From positions 4,650,001-4,714,000 of the forward strand of contig OX597833.1 in NCBI GenBank assembly GCA_951406725.2: a stretch of DNA of 64,000 nt. Direction: 5' to 3'. The DNA comes from Octopus vulgaris (lineage: Eukaryota). Position 1 is the first letter of the stretch. Each line of letters begins with the position of its first letter. Below, piece by piece: positions 26,047-40,188 of the stretch. Both the position numbers and the translations under genes were made by a program. Under the pieces are notes generated by a model that did not search any database, was not told where the DNA came from, and was given only the letters and a program-made list of their open reading frames with translations.

Positions 26047-27199
26047 TACAGGGATTGGTAAGATACCTTGTGGTACTCGTTCTTGTTCTTTTGAATTCTG
26101 GTAATAATATTTGTGACCAGTGCTGTCATAAAGCACGAACACATTGGGAAGTTACCCAGGGACCCATTTCGCATGTATGCATGCTGTGGCTTGCTGTCAA
26201 TGAGTAAGTGCTATAGGGCTCAAAGCAAACCCATGAGTTTAGGGTCCCACCTTCTCATCTATATTTACTAGCTGTCAGTAAGTAAATGTTATAGGATCCA
26301 GCCTTCATCAGGTGTTTTGGGGAAATTTCGAACCTGGGTTCTCATTCCTAAGGTATTTTTTGATCGGTGGCACTTTAAAAGCACCCACTACACTCTCGGA
26401 GTGGTTGGCGTTAGGAAGAGCATCCAGCTGTAGAAACTCTGCCAGATAAGATTGGAGCCTGGTGCAGCCATCTGGTTCGACAGTTCTCGGTCAAATCGTC
26501 CGACCCATGCTAGCATGGAAAGTGGATGTTAAACGATGATGATGTTGTTATTAATAGAATCCCCAATAGCAGAGTAGTCCACTTATAGTGATTCAGGGTA
26601 AACCCCACACAAACAGTCCCGGATTATTCTCCAATCCCGAAAGCAAGGAAAGTGTTTGTTTCCTCCTACTTAGGAAAGCATACTCAGAGTAGATCCGTTC
26701 TTGTACAGAACAAAAACCAGAAAAAGCTTTGGCCTTGTCTGCAATTTTTTTTTTTGGTTTTCAAAATGTAACTAAATGTGGATCAGTGGTGATTTTTTTT
26801 TCTTCTGTCTTCCATTTCTCTTGGACTTTCCTGTCTCCTGTTTCTGAAGAAGAGCTTTACTTGCGGCGTCAAACCACCGTTCTTTCCTTCGCTGAGTGTC
26901 TGCTAATAATTTGTATGTACCATGTCCTTGCATTGTTGTTTTTCTTTTTTTTTTTTATTAAGTAAATATATATATATCATCATCATCATCGTTTAACATC
27001 CGCTTTCCATGCTAGCATGGGTTGGACGAATGACTGAGGGCTGGCAAATCAGATGGCTGTACCAGGCTTCAATCTTGATCTGGCAGAGTTTCTACAGCTG
27101 GATGCCCTTCCTAACGCCAACCACTCCGAGAGTGTAGTGTGTGCTTTTACGTGCCACCGGCACGGGGCCAGTCAGGCGGTACTGGCAACATATATATAT

Positions 27200-27516
27200 A
27201 TACAAAATAAGAAAATGCATCGAAATCAAATATCAATTACCAGATAATACTCAATCACATACTTTATTAAACCACCACATAAGAAACTATAAGGTTAAAC
27301 ATAATAATGCAGGGTAAAGCATTCTATTATACGTATTCTACTTATTGTATAACATTACTATTTTATGTACACTCCTTCATGTACACTGTTTTACCCTGCA
27401 TTATTATGTTTAACCTTATAGTTTCTTATGTAGTGGTTTAATAAAGTATGTGATTGAGTATTATCTGGTAATTGATATTTGATTTCGATGTATTTCTCCA
27501 TTTTCTTATTTTGTAT
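27200..27516. repeat. AT-rich inverted repeat, arms about 120 bp
   Basis: 27200-27321 is the reverse complement of 27387-27516 with few differences. Confidence 0.9.
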
Positions 27517-27685
27517 TATGAATTTGTGGTAAAACATTTTACCTTTGCCCATATAATACAATAAATGAATTAATTGTATAGCAATTCTTAACGTTTATGT
27601 ATTAACTTTGTTGGGTACCTCACTAGCAGTATATTGGATATACGGTATCCCATGGTGGGTTGCATTTACAAGCCCTATCTCAATT

Positions 27686-27736
<51 letters not shown>

Positions 27737-28795
27737 ATGTGAAAAGGTTGAATTATATTTCATCCTTTACTTTGGAGGGTTCCAAAAAAGCGATTTCTAA
27801 TAAAAATTCTTCACATTTTGCTGGTAGCTTACTGGCACAAGTTTGCGAATGTGAAAATAATACTTGTATATGGTGTGTTATGTGAATTTATGAAAAAGAC
27901 ATCCCATAAAACTTGACAAATTTGTTAAAAATAGAGAAGAGATGATGTTAAAATTTGAAAGAATTTTTAAAAATTATATATATAGGCGTAGGAGTGGCTG
28001 TGTGGTAAGTAGCTTGTTTACCAACCACATGGTTCCGGGTTCAGTCCCACTGCATGGCACCTTGGGCAAGTGTCTTCTGCTATAGCCTCGGGCCGACCAA
28101 AGCCTTGTGAGTAGATTTGGTAGACGGAAACTGAAAGAAGCCCATCGTATATATGTATATGTGTGTGTGTGTGTTTGTGTGTCTGTGTTTGTCCCCCTAG
28201 CATTGCTTGACAACCGATGCTGGTGTGTTTATGTCCCTGTCACTTAGCGGTTCGGCAAAAGAGACCGATAGAATAAGTACTGGGCTTACAAAAGAATAAG
28301 TCCCGAGGTCGAGTTGGTCGACTAAAATCGGTGCTCCAGCATGGCCGCAGTCAAATGACTGAAACAAGTAAAAGAGAAAGATATATATTTATATACACAC
28401 ACACACACACACACATAGGTGCAGGTGTGGTTGTGTGGAAAGAAGCTTGTTTACCAACCACATGGTTCCAGGTTCAGTCCCACTGTGTGGCAACTTGGAC
28501 AAGTGTCTTCCACAATAGCCTTAGGCCAATCAAAACCTTGTGAATGGATTTGGTCGACAGAAACTGAAAGAAGCCCATCGTGTGTGTGTGTCTGTGCTTG
28601 TTCTCCACTACTGCTTGATACCCGGTGTTGGTGTGTTTACATCCACATATCTTAGTGGTATGGCAAAAGAGTAAGTACGAGGCTTAAAAATTTAAGTTCT
28701 GGGGTTGATTCTTTCGACTAAAGATTCTTCAAGTTGGTGCTCCAGTTTGGCTGCAGTCTGAAGACTGAAAGAAATAAAAGACATGTATGGAGAAA

Positions 28796-29005
28796 TATAT
28801 AGATTGATAGATAGATAGATGGAGACGGATAGACAGACATAGATAGATAGATAAGATAGAGACGGACAGACAGACAGACATAGATAGATAGATAGATAGA
28901 GACGGGCAGACAGACAGACATAGATAGATAGACAGACAGGCAAACAGACAGATAGAGAGATGGAGAGACAGATAAATAGAGAGATAGACAGATGGATTGA
29001 GAGAC

Positions 29006-29046
<41 letters not shown>
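28796..29046 (+). repeat. (GATA/GACA)n compound microsatellite
   Basis: Direct reading. Confidence 0.95.
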
Positions 29047-30679
29047 TATAGTGACATAGTGTATAACGAGAAACAGCTTGCAGATCACACCCTTCCATCT
29101 TCAAAATGAAAATAATAGCTAGAATATCTTGCCATGCAAAAAGACTGTCTGGTCACGACTGGAACGTCTTTGATCGTGGGCCTGACCGAGAGTGAACATT
29201 AAAAGGAAAAAAAATATATATATTCTAAGTATTATGCTGATAATTCCCCTCCCCAATAATTGAAGAAGGGGCAGGAGAGAAAGAAGAAAAAAAGACATTC
29301 GTGTTCATCCGAACGAGATTCGAACTCCTGACCTCCAGGAGAGACTCCAATGATGTTGTGGAAATGTCCCAAACAAGAAAGCGTCTTATGTTAATTTCCA
29401 TACGCTCCCACTTTCCACGTTCCATTTCTAGTTCTGGATGGAATTTTTGCGTCTTTTCGGATTTAATAAATTTCATTTCGATTTTTTAAAATAATTTTCG
29501 TACAATCAAATTAATTTAAAGATTCTGTTAATCTTCAAAAATTACAAAAAAAAAAACAGAAAAGGAAAATGAAGACCAAAACATGTTTTTTGGGTAGTGG
29601 TAGACAGGTGTCAATATTTCGAAGAATTATCATATTTCTTTGGTTTATTTCATATTTTGTTAAAAATTTTCCCTTGCTTTTTTTTGGCATATTTCCGAAG
29701 CTTTTACTAAACGATCGAAATTAATATAACATACTTATAATATATATACATATATATATATATAATAGATACGTGTGGGTGTGAATTGTATCCACCCCCA
29801 CGACCCACTTAAATTGAAATAAAAGACCAGACCTTCCCCCCCTCTCTTTAGTTCTAGTCTGTCAGTCTGCAAGGTTGGGTGAAGGAAGAGACTAAGAGAA
29901 AAATTCGAGAGAATATTTTAGCACTGGCCACGTTTTTAACCTGTTTTCCTTGGAACCACTATTAAACCCCTTTTTCACATCGATTCTCAGGTAACTCCTT
30001 TCTTTTCTCTTTTCTCTGTCAAAATCCTTATCGTTTCCAATATTCACAAAAATGGTAAATATTTGTCCAATCTGTATATCACCAACAAAGGGGACCACAC
30101 AACATACTTACTACATTCACCAAATTTCCTAATAAATTATTTTTACATAAAATAATCACGAAGATTAATTAAAAACGAGTTAATTACTGTTCTCGGTATA
30201 TTTTTACAGACATACAACGGTACACCTTCGCGGATTTTTATAGACATTTGGGGAATTCCACGTGTTGTGTAAATAACACTTTATGGAGACATTGAGGGAA
30301 CCTGCGATTACCAAGATTAATTAAATCGCCTTAAGTACTGTCTTATAGTATATTATATAAATATTATATTTTAGAATTTTTGGGGGTTGATATTCTGGGA
30401 ATCTGGTACCTCGTTTATACGTGGTACTTACCATTTTGTTCCAACGGTTTGGTACATATTTTACATCTAATTTCACCTGTTTTTAATTTGCCAATGAATA
30501 CACACCCACACATGTATAATGTAGGCAAAATGTAATGTACATCTACTTGTATAATTTTTACACACACACACATCTTTATATATATATACACATACACGAT
30601 GTACGCAGATACAAACACTATATATGTAAATGTGCACCCATGAGATTCCTTTATTTAATTATACTGAAGGAGTAATTTT

Positions 30680-30822
30680 TACCGCGTTAACCAACCAACA
30701 GCGGCCAAACCAGCCAACCAACCTCTATCGCTAACCTTCTTTAAGTCGCCATATGTTGAGTTGAAATTACATTTTAATTAATTCGCAGCGCATTGGCACA
30801 TAAATTTTGGATAATTTAAAAT
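30680..30822 (+). promoter_or_regulatory. Probable IMPDH core promoter and non-coding first exon
   Basis: Repeat-free and relatively CpG-rich. Pyrimidine run CCTTCTTT (30735-30742), YY1-like CGCCAT (30747-30752), donor AT|gtaaga at 30823 that could pair with the acceptor at 31093. Confidence 0.5.
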
Positions 30823-31094
30823 GTAAGATGTTACCACAAGCATAGACACACACGCACAGATATATATTTCTTTCTCCTCCACCACGATTTTGCCATAACC
30901 CTGCTACTGTCTACTACAGACTCGTGTTCACATTCACCCCTTCTCTTGCGCACAGGCTGTTACACATACTCAACTCTATACACACCATCTGTGTAATGGA
31001 TGGGGTGTATATCTACACAGCTATTTTCTATGTATAAATAACAGCATTGCTGGCTGATCTCGTCTTAATTCATTCTGTCTTTTATGCTTGCAGC

Positions 31095-31192
31095 ATGGCT
31101 GACTACCTCATTACTGGTGGGATAGGTTATGTGCCCGATGATGGACTTACAGGAGCTCAGCTTTTTGGCAATGGAGATGGACTGACCTACAA
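31095..31192 (+). CDS. IMPDH: IMPDH coding exon 1 ([33 protein letters not shown])
   Basis: Translation matches the animal IMPDH N-terminus (human MADYLISGGT.YVP.DGLTAQQLF..GDGLTYN), including Tyr12. 98 nt; donor AA|gtaagc; pyrimidine tract and cag acceptor 1 nt before the ATG. Confidence 0.97.
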
Positions 31193-32361
31193 GTAAGCAA
31201 TAAAATTCTTTCTTCCAGCTATTGTCCTCTTGATTCTTCATCGAACTGACCGTTTTCCTTGCTTAATCTGTCCGTTAATTTCCCTCCTCATGGCTCTCAT
31301 CACTCTATAATGCCAGACTTCATTCATGAACAAGAAGCGCGCCTCAACTTTTAACTGTGTTTGTCGCATATTTTAAACCGTTGACCTACTCCAATAAATA
31401 CATTTGAATCTATCGATTTCTTTTGCTGTATGTATATATATATATATATATATATATTTCTTTACTGCCCACAGGGGGCTAAACATAGAGGGGACAAACA
31501 AGGACAGACAAAGGGACCAGGTCGATTACATCGATCCCAGTGCGAAACTGGTACTTTATTTATCGACCCCGAAAGGATGGAAGACAAAAGCATGGTGCCT
31601 CGTTAGAATAAATTAACACGTGCTCTTACTCCGTTATACAGGCTAAAATGAAAATTATATAGGCATTCTTTTTACATATATACACATACATATACACACA
31701 CAAGCAACCTTTCCTAGTGTTATCAGGTTGAGGACCAGCCTCTGTTACGGTTTTTAGTAGGGACTGAATGCTGATCATGAAATTTTCCTGACAAAATTCA
31801 AACTATTTTCCCGTTGTCTTCATTTCATCATCTTAGAAGAATCGATCCAGTATTTGATTTATCAACTCCGAAAGAATAAAAGGCGAAGTTCACTAGAGTA
31901 GAATTTGAACGAAGACAGGTTTTTAATGATTCACGTTTAAGGAGGGAAGTCATGCGAAAAAGACTATACCAGTCAGCTAAATTTTTAGTTTTTGCTTAAC
32001 CCAGACCATGCGTGACTTAGCACATCAATGATGATACGACTATGAGCATGTCGTTTTGGAGGCATTTTACACATGCTGAATGAACCTGCTTTTAAGCATA
32101 CGCCTATAGATTAGATAACATTTGGGCGAGGGCTGTGCACTTGGTGGCCAAAGTGACATCCCCTAGACCCGTGGGTTTCCTTGAATGATTCTAGATGGAG
32201 GTTCTCTATCAAGACGACTGCATAATTCATGCGTATTATATATATATATACACACACATACACGCACTTTTTAAAATCTCATTTCACATTCTCCTATGTA
32301 AACCCCTTCCCAGAGATTGTAAACGGTCCCTGTGATGTCCCTTTATCTTATGCCCCTGTGA

Positions 32362-32498
32362 CAGGGGCGGACTGAGCCGTCGGTCAATCGGGCATTGCCC
32401 GAGGGCCACTCTCTACATTTTAACTCATTGATGTCAATTCTAAGGGGCCCGGTGAACAGTTATGCCCGAGGGTCCTTAATACTCTCGGTCCACCTCTG
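32362..32498. mobile_element. hAT-type MITE
   Basis: TIR CAGGGGCGGACTGAG / CTCGGTCCACCTCTG; 8-bp TSD CCCTGTG(A/G). Confidence 0.8.
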
Positions 32499-34542
32499 CC
32501 CTGTGGCAAATAAATAAAAGAAATTACTGTATGTAAAAAAAATAAAATATGCTATGGCTGTACTTCTCTCCAACCACGAGTCTCTTTCGAGGCCTCGTTA
32601 ACATTATTAATAATTTTAATTTGTTTTCAGAATTTCTAAACAATTACATTTCTTTGTAAAATATATATTTAGCTGTTATTTCTAACCGGCCGAGGCTCCT
32701 CTCGTACGTTTTCAGTATTCTCTTTTAGTTTTTTGTTTCTTAACGAACTTAATAATATAGTTTTATAAACATTAATTCTACTTACATAATTCCTAATTAT
32801 CCAACAAGCTTCGCACTAAAATATTTCTTGTTCAGCTTCCCCAAGGGAAAAGCTAATTATAGAACCCGAGGCTCCTTAATTAGACATGAAACTTGGCATA
32901 TAAGAAAACATGTCAAGTTCAGGCTTTTTCCTGGGGTTATTGCTGACAAAGCTTTAGAGAGGAAGGAATACAATGGAAATTTTTCGGAGGGTACCTCGCT
33001 TTTAAGGTCCTAAATTCAAGTCAGTTTAGGGGCTGAGGTGCCGTTAGTTTTTTTTTATTTTTTAGCTTCGTTAATTGATAGGCCTGGGTGTGTAGGTATA
33101 AATAAGGTGAACACATTAATGTAACTTTAGTTCAATACCTCACTCCTTCGTGGCCCTGCGCTCGAACTTTGCTGTGGATCGACTTCATAACTGTCGCTAC
33201 AAAGTGCTTGGGGTGTCTCGGCATTAAAAATTTTTGAAAAAAAGTGAAATAAAATGGCCAAGTTTTTAAAAAAGTGAGCGAAACCCCAGATAGGAAGAAA
33301 CTGACCAACAACGAAATAGACATTTATATATATATATGTATATATATCTAATTTGGATTTAGGATCGTAAAAACAAGTATATACTTCTGTTTTCCCCCCC
33401 ACAGAGTCGTAATAAACCGCTCTATGAAACGGGAATACTAAAAACGGGGGAAAATAAACCTTTTTCTTTTCCAATCATTTGTGTTTTATTGTTTATAAAA
33501 TAATTTTTGAAATGGTAATTTAGTTAATCTTAATTAGTTTTAGTACTCACAAGTTCCGTTATTGTCTCATAAAATACTATTTATGCTTGATATTAGTATA
33601 ATTTATTTAGGTACAAAGATGATTTATTTGTAAATTATGTGTAAATTTGCTGTATGTATGTATATATATATATATATGTATATTTCTTTACTGCCCACAG
33701 GGGGCTAAACATAGAAGGGACAAACAAGGACAGACAAAGGGACCAAGTCGATTACATCGACCCCAGTGCGAAACTGGTACTTTATTTATCGACCCCGAAA
33801 GGATGGAAGACAAAAGCGTGGTGCCTAGTTAGAAGAGATTAACACGTGCTCTGACTCCGTTATACAGGCTTAAATGAAAATTATATAGGCATTCTTTCTA
33901 CACATATATATATATATATATATATACATATACACACACAAGCAACCTTGTATGAATCATACTGCTTTTGTGATTCCCTCCTTTTTCTATTAATGGGGTC
34001 GTTGTGTGATCACTTAGGGATTCGACAACTAAATTGTTTCTGTGAGTTTTTGATTTATATTACGGACAGGACTTGAGTCGCAATGAGATGAAAGATGCGC
34101 CTTTTTTCATACACGAAGCACGTGTTGTTTTTTGGCATTGACAAAGAATTAAACAAACAAACCATGAAATCTGATACGGAAGGTTTTTTTCCTATGTTGC
34201 TAAGATATATTTTAGTTATGTGAAGGCCTGAATAGAAACTAGAAACCACGGTGGTAATTGGTTGATCAGAAACTTAACCCTTTTGCTTCGATTTATTTCA
34301 AACATAATTTCGTAAGAATTTAGTAAAATAACTTTGGTGTTTGGGACATAAATGATATGGAATTTTCAAAGATGTTTTTAATTTAGACAACTTTTAACCT
34401 TTCGTTAGTCAATTTCTAGGATCTTTACCGTCCATCAAAAGGAAAAGATCCACTTTCTATTGAAACCCGCTGCCTTCATTTCAGTTGATTTTGAAAATAA
34501 TGAATTTAGTAGAATAAGCTTCATTATAAAGTTGGTGTTTGA

Positions 34543-34773
34543 GGTACTACTAGCGAACACTCGCGTATCCGCGCTAGCTAGTCGTGACTAGTCGATCCTA
34601 CAACGATTACGTAGCAAAGTAAATAAAACACAAAAATACAAAGTAAATAATTTTTTAAACAATGTGAATAACGCACACAAACATAAAGTAAGGATCGACT
34701 AGTCATGACTAGCTAGCGCGGATGCGCGAATACGCGCGTGCGTGCAACGGGACCACTGTTCGCTAGTAGTACC
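34543..34773. mobile_element. Related foldback MITE in IMPDH intron 1
   Basis: TIR GGTACTACTAGCGAACA / TGTTCGCTAGTAGTACC; same subterminal inverted blocks as 17124-17383; no TSD seen. Confidence 0.8.
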
Positions 34774-37603
34774 CCCCAAGTATATAACTGGTATTTCTCC
34801 CATTGACTCTTGTGGTACGATACCATGCAAAAAACACTGACAACTGTGCATCTTAAAAAGCACACGGTACCCTCAGTAAAGTGGTTGGCGTTAGGAAGGG
34901 CATCCAGCTTTAGAAGCCAAGCCAAAACGGACAATGGAACCTGGCATAGCCCTTGGCCCTGCCAGCTCCTATCAAACTCTCCAACCTAAATTGGAAAATG
35001 GACGTTAAACGATGACGAATCCAAGCAATGCTTCAAAACATGGCCACCCAACAGATTGGCATTGAATCCCTCTTTCACAGACAAGCTCTTTTCCCCCTGC
35101 CATGTGCTACAGCAGTGACCTCTATTCCTCAGATCTGTTGACCAATATCCTATAACTGCCACTCAGGCCCATTCATTTTTCCTCCCTTTCATTACTTGTA
35201 TTTGTCTGCCCTTTTTGATCCTCCTGCTAACCCCTGATCCTTGTGATTTGGCTCCCTATTTTAGCCTGCAGTTGTTGGCTTGAAATTACATCTCCACTTC
35301 CATCATCATCATCGCTTAACGTCTGCTTTCCATGCTAGCATGGGTTGGACGGTTCAACTGGGGTCTGGGAAGCCAGGAGGCTGCACCAGGCTCCAGTCTT
35401 GATCTGGCAGTGTTTCTACAGCTGGATGCCCTTCCTAACGCCGACCACTCCGTGAGTGTAGTGGGTGCTTTTTACGTGCCACCAGCACAGGTGCCAGGCG
35501 AGGCTGGCAACGGCCACATTCGGATGGTTCTTTTACGTGTCACCGGCACTGGTATCACAACTACAATTTCCATCACTATAACGACTACACAACCAACCAT
35601 TTCTACCCACCACCACCACCGTCAGTGCCATGTACACAACCACTAACCATCAAAGTTAGCAAATTGATTTTCATCTACAAACGACATGATCAGTGTTGCT
35701 GTTTGATTAATTGATCGTTATCGATTAACTATTGACTGGTATTGACAGTTTTGTGCACACTTTATTAAAAAACCAATATTTCACTCCTTTTCTTTCTGTT
35801 TTTGATGTCTGAAAGGAGACAATTTGTAGACGCGTTTGATCAGGACCTTTGATTACGGAAATGTTATATAAAATTCCTGAGACCTGATTTGAGTATCAGC
35901 CAGATTTATCGAACAGTCAATGATCAATATTGATCAATAGCTCGATATCAGTTTGGAAATTTCCAATATTGTCTGGTGTTAGAATACCTAAACTTTTCTT
36001 TGCAATGATCAATTGCCATCTCTTTACAAAGCGTCTGTGTTCTTCAGAGTACTTCTGGCATATCTAGGAAGGCTGCTTTAAATGCTAAAGGATTAAGGAT
36101 CTATCAGAGTTAATTAGGGACAGATCTTTGATACAGCATAGTTAAATGCATCTCAATTTGGGCATTTGAAGAATATTTGACAAATGGTTGATTACAGGAT
36201 GTGGTTCTTGTCATAAGGTGTTCAAATTATTAAGGCATTGAAGGATTCAAATCCCACAGAATTTGACGTTCCTCTATATTCTTTTGGCCACCTCTACTGT
36301 ATCGTCTTAGATTTGAGGGGCAGGTGCTTAACTTATTTACTATCCTGGTGCAGCCTCCTGGCTTCCCAGAACCTAGCATGGAAAACGGACGTTAAACGAT
36401 GATGATGATGAACACAACCAAGTTCTTGGCTGCCTTAAGCAGAATCAATTTTGTTGCAAATATTAGTGTCCCCCACCTTCAGTTCTGTTTCATGGTTCCC
36501 TTTCATATCTTACTCTCGGTAGAACCTGATACACTTTTATGTCCAACCCATGCTAGCATGGAAAACGGACGCTAAATGATGATGATGATGTTCTTGCAGA
36601 CATTGCCCTGCTGTGAAGTCACTAGCAGACATCTGGTGACATGTTGGCAGTTGTTGGGTGACATCGGGGTGGAACCCACGTGTCAGCAGTCATCAGGTGG
36701 CCTGCTGATTAATGCTCAGTAGTCCCAGGCTCTTAACCTCTTCCCTCACCTGATTCCATATCAAGCACATTGCCCAAATTCCTCATCTGCAGAAATGCAT
36801 CCTTGCTATCTACACACGTTTCTCTCCAACAACCACTAACTTGCAGATATAATTGAAACTGCACATTATTAACCCCCACCCCCTAACTTCACCAACCAAC
36901 CTACTCACCAGGTGTTGCTGTCACTCTTCAGTTAATGAGAGTGCAGGTAGGCTATAATCACCACTTGACTATTCTCTAGCAATCTATACCTTATAGCCAC
37001 GTGTGCTTTGCTGTGTGTGAGTGTGTGCGTGATTTATATGGCCAACACACCTGGGTGGATAGGCTCCATAAAAAAAAAACTGGGAGAGACTAGTTTAGAT
37101 CAGGTGTAAACCAAAGGTGAAATCGTAACTAAAACAGCCACCCTCAGCCGTAAAAAGACATGCTGTGCTATAAGGGTGTCGATAGTGAGTCTTAAGAGCA
37201 ACCACGTGTGTGCCATGCTGTCTGAACTTGACATTAATACGCAGAACACCTTATCTGATGATTTGTGTGTGTACCAAGACAACGACGACAACGGTGGAGT
37301 AGTTAGGTTTGCAACTCCCACCTTGAAGCTATAAAATTTCTCTATAAATACCGTTGGTTCCACTGCTGGCAAAGTGCCAAATCAAGGTTACTCTTACTCA
37401 CCTGTTGGCTTAGTTTTATCTTTCCCAATTTAGCTGTGTTACTAATCCAAATGTACCTGCTACATTCTATAGCTTCTTCCTCATTCACAGCTTCACGTGA
37501 AATGCTTTCAATAATGAGTGTTCTTTGAAATACCTGTACTTTTCTCCTTTTTTTTTTTTTGTTCATTCCATTGCTCCTGCCTGTCATACATACCTAGACA
37601 AGG

Positions 37604-37677
<74 letters not shown>

Positions 37678-38120
37678 TATGAAAGAGATAGTTAATATGT
37701 ATTTTTAGAAATGGTAAAACTAACTCAACTACATTTTTACAGGTGGATAAATGTTTCAAATGCACAGACTGCACCGGTTCAAACCATGATGGTAACTGGA
37801 AAAAACCAGTAAAATATTAGCTACACGAAGGTCTCATTACCACCTGTCTAACTTAATTAGCGCTGCACTTAATTAGCGCTGCCTTATAAAATTAACTTAA
37901 TTAGCGCTGCCTTATAAAATTAGAGGTTTTTCTGCCTCAGCATATATGTTCACTTAACCAGGTTGGTGGCATCATTTAATCGTTAAAATGATGGGAAGTG
38001 CATTGTGGAAAGTGATGTACAACACGATCTGATATATTTATATATATATATATATATATATATAATAGAAATACTAAAATTACTAAGTCTCTCTAAAGGA
38101 GATTACGGCAGCGTTACTGG

Positions 38121-38215
38121 ATATTAATAGTTATCGCCATACTAATATGGCAATCTATAAATATTAGTCTTATATTTATAGACTGCCATATTAGTATGGC
38201 GATAACTATTAATAT
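38121..38215. repeat. Near-perfect 95-bp palindrome in IMPDH intron 1
   Basis: ATATTAATAGTTATCGCCATACTAATATGGCAATCTATAAATAT...ATATTTATAGACTGCCATATTAGTATGGCGATAACTATTAATAT, one mismatch. Confidence 0.92.
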
Positions 38216-39752
38216 ATAAATATAAAAATCATTTTAATATCTGTCTGTTTCCATACTTGCATGGGTCAGCTGACTTAAAAAAAAATTTTTTTTAGGCATA
38301 TTTTTCTGTCTGGATGCTCTCCCTGTCACCAACCTTCACTTGTGTCCCTCTGCATGGGCTGTTTCTGCTGAATAGAGAATGAACAATATTGCTTGTATAA
38401 CAGTTGCTCATTCACAATTATTGTATGATGTCAACGTGACCCATGCACACACACACACGCACACATGTTGGGCTTCTTTTGGTTTCCATCTACTAAATCC
38501 ACTTGCAAGCCCTTGGTTCAGAGCTAAAACCACATGGTTCATCATTGTCTACATTTATGTCCATTTTCCATGTTGGCATGGGTTGGACGATTTGACTGGA
38601 ACTGGACACCCGGGGAGCTGTCCCCAACTCCAATTAACTGTTTTAGTATGCTTTCTAAGCCTGGATGACTTTCCTAATGCCAACCACTTCACAGAGTGTG
38701 CTGGGTACTTTTAACATACCACCAGCTTGGGTGCATTGACACAGTACAGGCATCAGTGCACTTTGGGTAGCAGATTTCTTAACCGCACACCCAGCAACAA
38801 GTTGGGTTAACCTAACACTAAACTGGCAGAAGAAGTTAGCATCAAATTGATTTAGTAGCAGGTGACACACACACACACACACACACTTTTTCTCTCCCCC
38901 TCTGAAACACTCCCCCTCCATCCACCCTGCCAATCCCACTCACTTTGAGTAACTGATGTATGAGATCAACCAGTGCTTAGGTGTGTTGGCATCAACCATT
39001 CCTATGAAGAACAGAACTGTCTGCTAGCAGACTTAACCATGTGCCAAAGAACTGGTGAAGGATGTTGCCTCTGCTGGGTTTGGTGAGGATTGTTACTGCA
39101 TAGTCATAGGTCTACCTTGATTGAGCAAGCCTATATTCAAAGGTGTTCCAAATATGACCATCCTGTCTCCTTTTCATATAGGATGTATCTAGCACTACAG
39201 TATCTGATGTCTTTCATTTTTAAGACAGTCTGGTTTGAGGAAGATACAGCTGCTATTTCTAGCAATTTGAATGACTCCATAGTTTGTTACAGGTTTGGTA
39301 GTAAGACTGTGTCAGCTGGTAAGTGCAGTCATCCGTCCCTCCCTTCTACTAAAGCACTAATTAAATACAGCTGTTCATTGGTATAGCATTGACTCAATTG
39401 GAGCGTTAAATCCCTTGTGGTGTTTGCTCTGCCCTTCTGTGCCCCAAGATAAAATGACGCCTGAATTAACTTTGCTTTGCTTTTCATCCCTTCAGGATTA
39501 TTAAAGTACTCATTAGGGACATTAAAGTATTCGTTAGGGAAATTTATTAAAGTACTCGTTAGGGACAATTAAACCAAATGCGTTGGCAGTATCTATTTCA
39601 GCTCTGGGCATTTTCAGTTTGGGGTCAGCCTCTGTTACCATGGGTGGGGATTGCAGGTCCTTCTAGATTATTGGTTCTTAAACTTTTTGGAGCCACTGCC
39701 CCCTTGGCACCCAGGACACATTCTGAGTACCCCATCACTAACTTTGCTTTAA

Positions 39753-40188
39753 CCCTTTAGTGTTCTGATTATTCAATCAAACATAATGCTAATTTATTCC
39801 CATTGATTTGAATCAATCATGCATTATCTCATATCTTCAAGATCTTGATGGTGTAATTATTTAATGTAGAATAACATTGTAGGGTAGGTGTGAGAGCCTG
39901 GATCTGGTCAGTTTGAACATAAAACAGATTAAATATTTTGGCCGGTTTAACCCTTTTGATGCCAACCCGGCCAAAACCGCCTCTGGCTCTGTAGTACAAG
40001 TGTCTTATTTTCATAAGTATTGAATTAAAATCTTTCACCAAACCTTAGTCACAATTTATGTTCCCAACACTAGCCTAATGATAACTTAAGTTCTTTCACT
40101 AAATTCCTCGTTATAATTAAAATTAATTGAAAGAAACACAGAGCATCTCAAAATAAATACGGTAACGAAAGGGTTAAATACTAAAGGG
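39753..40188. mobile_element. piggyBac-like MITE D1 containing nested piggyBac-like MITE D2 (39951-40173)
   Basis: Both have TTAA|CCCTTT...AAAGGG|TTAA ends. The uninterrupted D1 copy at 45422-45630 shows the empty TTAA site. Confidence 0.88.
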
